NCBI GenBank assembly: GCA_018985225.1
Contig: JADGIF010000404.1
Span: 1 to 9,252 of the forward strand
DNA length: 9,252 nt
Source of the DNA: Amoeboradix gromovi X-113
Lineage: Eukaryota > Fungi > Sanchytriomycota
Direction of reading: 5' to 3'
Part shown: positions 7,332 through 9,252 of the stretch, in pieces
How the letters are laid out: the number at the start of each line of letters is the position of its first letter
Position numbering within the stretch: the first letter of the stretch is position 1
Made by a program: the position numbers and the translations under genes
Notes under the pieces: model-generated
Told to the model about the DNA's origin: nothing
The model's input: the letters and a program-made list of their open reading frames with translations, nothing else
Databases searched by the model: none

Positions 7332-8817
7332 TTAAACTAATATTTTAGTGGTGCTATCTGTACTGTCTTGGCTCTCGATTTCGCCTTCTTCGTCACAGTG
7401 AGCGACATCTATTCTTCCCTTGTCCATGTCTACATTTCTCAATAAAGGAATGGCAACAACTAGCATGGCAATAAGGACCCAAAATGAGTTTCTGAAATCA
7501 CCTGTCCAATCTCTTACCAATGCTGTCAGTAAAGGTCCTACCCACGCCGATCCCTTATCTGTAATTTCGTATAAACTAAAGAATTCTGCTTCCTTTCCTT
7601 TCGGGATTAGTTCAGTCAGCATGGCTCTCGATAATGCCTGCCAAGCACCTACATGAATATTAAATACCAAGCGTAAATCCGAACACCATGCACACTGGAT
7701 AAATTTCCCATACCTCATGAAGAAAGTATTTTGTCGTATATCTGCCCATAGCAGCATAAAAGGGAACTAGCAACACTATGAGCAAAACAAAAGTCAACAT
7801 AGATTTAGAAGTCCATCCCAACACTTTTTGAAGTTTAAGCCAAAATATGTTCCCCAAAGCAGCTACAAATGGAATTAGCATGGCGTTGATTAACAAATCC
7901 TTGTTAGGTACCTTTAAGACCGACTGTGCAAACAAAATAGCAATTGTAGTCATAGTCTGGGCAGCATCAGCGAACAACGCAAATGAAAGTAAAAACTTAA
8001 ATGTGTTTGGGATTTTGCGATATTCAGTAACGGTTTTGAACAACCTTTTCCACGAGAAGCATACATAAACCCAAGTAGTGTACACTTTATGATAAGCTCG
8101 CTGAATCAAATTAAGGTTAGAATTGTTGTTCCCGATTTTACGCTGAATACTAGGAGGAAGAAGTTCACCAGGATAAGATTTAAGATAGACGAAAGATATA
8201 TTTCCAAAAAGTATCCACCAAGCTCCTGCAATAATTAAAGCAATTTGCTTTCCTAATAAATCTGGCACGTACATGTTGGCAAATGCAGCAATCATCAGGC
8301 ATAGTACGCCACCAACATAACCCCAAGCAAAGCCATAAGATGAAAATTTGGAAGATATCAAATCTTCATCAAGAGTCGTTAGAGGTGCAGCGATTTCTTC
8401 CGAATTGGAAGGATGGTGTGAACTCTGAATGTCCTGAATATGTTCACGAACAATAAAGGGTAAATATGCGTTGTATATTACTAAACTGACACCATAAGCT
8501 ACATTCGAGAGTACTATAAAGAAGGCTATAAAATGTAGATTAGAAGAAAGCCCAATTAAAATACAAGATATTCCACCTATCCAAGTTGTTGATACTAGCA
8601 TAGACTTTTTGTATGATCCGTAGTCCGCTAGTCCTCCGCTACTGATACAGAATAAAGCCTGCATAAAAACAGAAAAGGAGTTAACATACATGGCAGTAGA
8701 ATCGTCAGCCAGAGAACCCACTATTAAGGGTATGAAGAATGTCATTGCGACCGTAGCATACACAGTATTAGCAAAATCATAGAGGTACCATGCGTAAATA
8801 CTTTTTTTGGTCTGCAT
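7332..8817 (-). CDS. ATG22: Atg22-like vacuolar amino-acid efflux transporter (MFS, UMF1/Atg22 family), two exons: complement(join(7332..7648,7668..8817)), 488 aa
   Basis: About 12 hydrophobic segments are present. Family motifs: KKSIYAWYLYDFAN, AMYVNSFSVFMQAL..SSGGLADYGSYKKSML, SNVAYGVSLVIYNAYLP, SSYGFAWGYVGG, FKFLLSFALFADA, and after splicing GFTLGAWQALSRAMLTELIPKGKEAEFFSLYEITDKGSAWVGP. The two track ORFs (7660-8847 and 7332-7757) join in frame when 7649-7667 is removed. The first ATG is at 8817. Confidence 0.9.
7649..7667 (-). other. 19-nt GT-AG spliceosomal intron (phase 1) in ATG22
   Basis: The minus strand reads CTT G|GTATTTAATATTCATGTAG|GT GCT TGG. The segment is AT-rich and contains the in-frame TAA that ends the exon-1 ORF. 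Its excision rebuilds a GGT Gly codon and the conserved motif without a gap. Confidence 0.88.
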
Positions 8818-9252
8818 TAATGAATAAAAATGTTTTAAAGGAGTCACGTTTGTATCTCTCGCCGTTTGGGATCTGGGTTTCCTCCTTCAACCAAATAGAA
8901 CGCCAATAATCCATCTTGCCACACACGTAGGTATGATTTATTTTAAACTATTGTTAAATCGCTTTTGCTTGCCGAATTTGACTTAGCAACTGAATAGACC
9001 TCTCTAGAAAGTAAAACACCTTGAAACTATTAACTGTTAACCTAAATGTGAATTTCTTAAATAAATCATAGTTCTCTTCAATTTTATTGGCGTATTCTAT
9101 AAAAGATTTAGTGATACGAATAACACCATTTAAAGGATTTTAGCGACCTCTCCTTGGAACGCAACTGTTGATGAAGAATGAAAAGCTATCCAATTTCGTT
9201 AGAGTTGCCACAATCCAAAAAGATTACGAAATCACCAACACCCATCTACGTA

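Noticed and set aside
7649-7667. Programmed frameshift, sequencing indel or pseudogene as the explanation for the ATG22 frame break
   Set aside because: A simple frameshift would leave ~6 extra residues inside a conserved helix, whereas GT-AG excision restores the motif exactly. Both exons are otherwise intact.
1421-8068. Short antisense or alternate-frame ORFs in the track that overlap the four main genes (e.g. 1421-1696, 2336-2784, 3320-4566, 5299-5633, 6197-6720, 7420-7656, 7847-8068)
   Set aside because: These are shadow ORFs of real coding sequence with no recognisable motifs.
8101-8141. Conventional-looking 41-nt intron in ATG22 (GTAAAA…CTAAC…TTCAG, minus strand)
   Set aside because: The frame is open through it and conserved helices lie in the same frame on both sides. 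Removing 41 nt would frameshift, so it is best read as the central cytoplasmic loop.

Overview
Gene-dense eukaryotic DNA using the standard genetic code. The origin is most likely a compact, fast-evolving early-diverging fungus or other holomycotan (inference from a fungal-type Atg22 and a divergent Sda1). Four protein genes are supported: SDA1 (60S biogenesis factor, +), a shortened Nup133-like nucleoporin (+), an orphan 328-aa gene (-) bracketed by two different non-coding minisatellites (14-bp and 13-bp units), and an Atg22/UMF1-family MFS transporter (-). The most striking feature is that ATG22 is split by an apparent 19-nt GT-AG spliceosomal intron (GTATTTAATATTCATGTAG) whose removal exactly restores the family motif. 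This size is near the lower limit known for spliceosomal introns. AATAAA signals sit at or just after three of the stop codons, suggesting very short 3' UTRs. The ends of the window (1-1000 and 8850-9252) contain protein-like but stop-interrupted frames that I cannot resolve.
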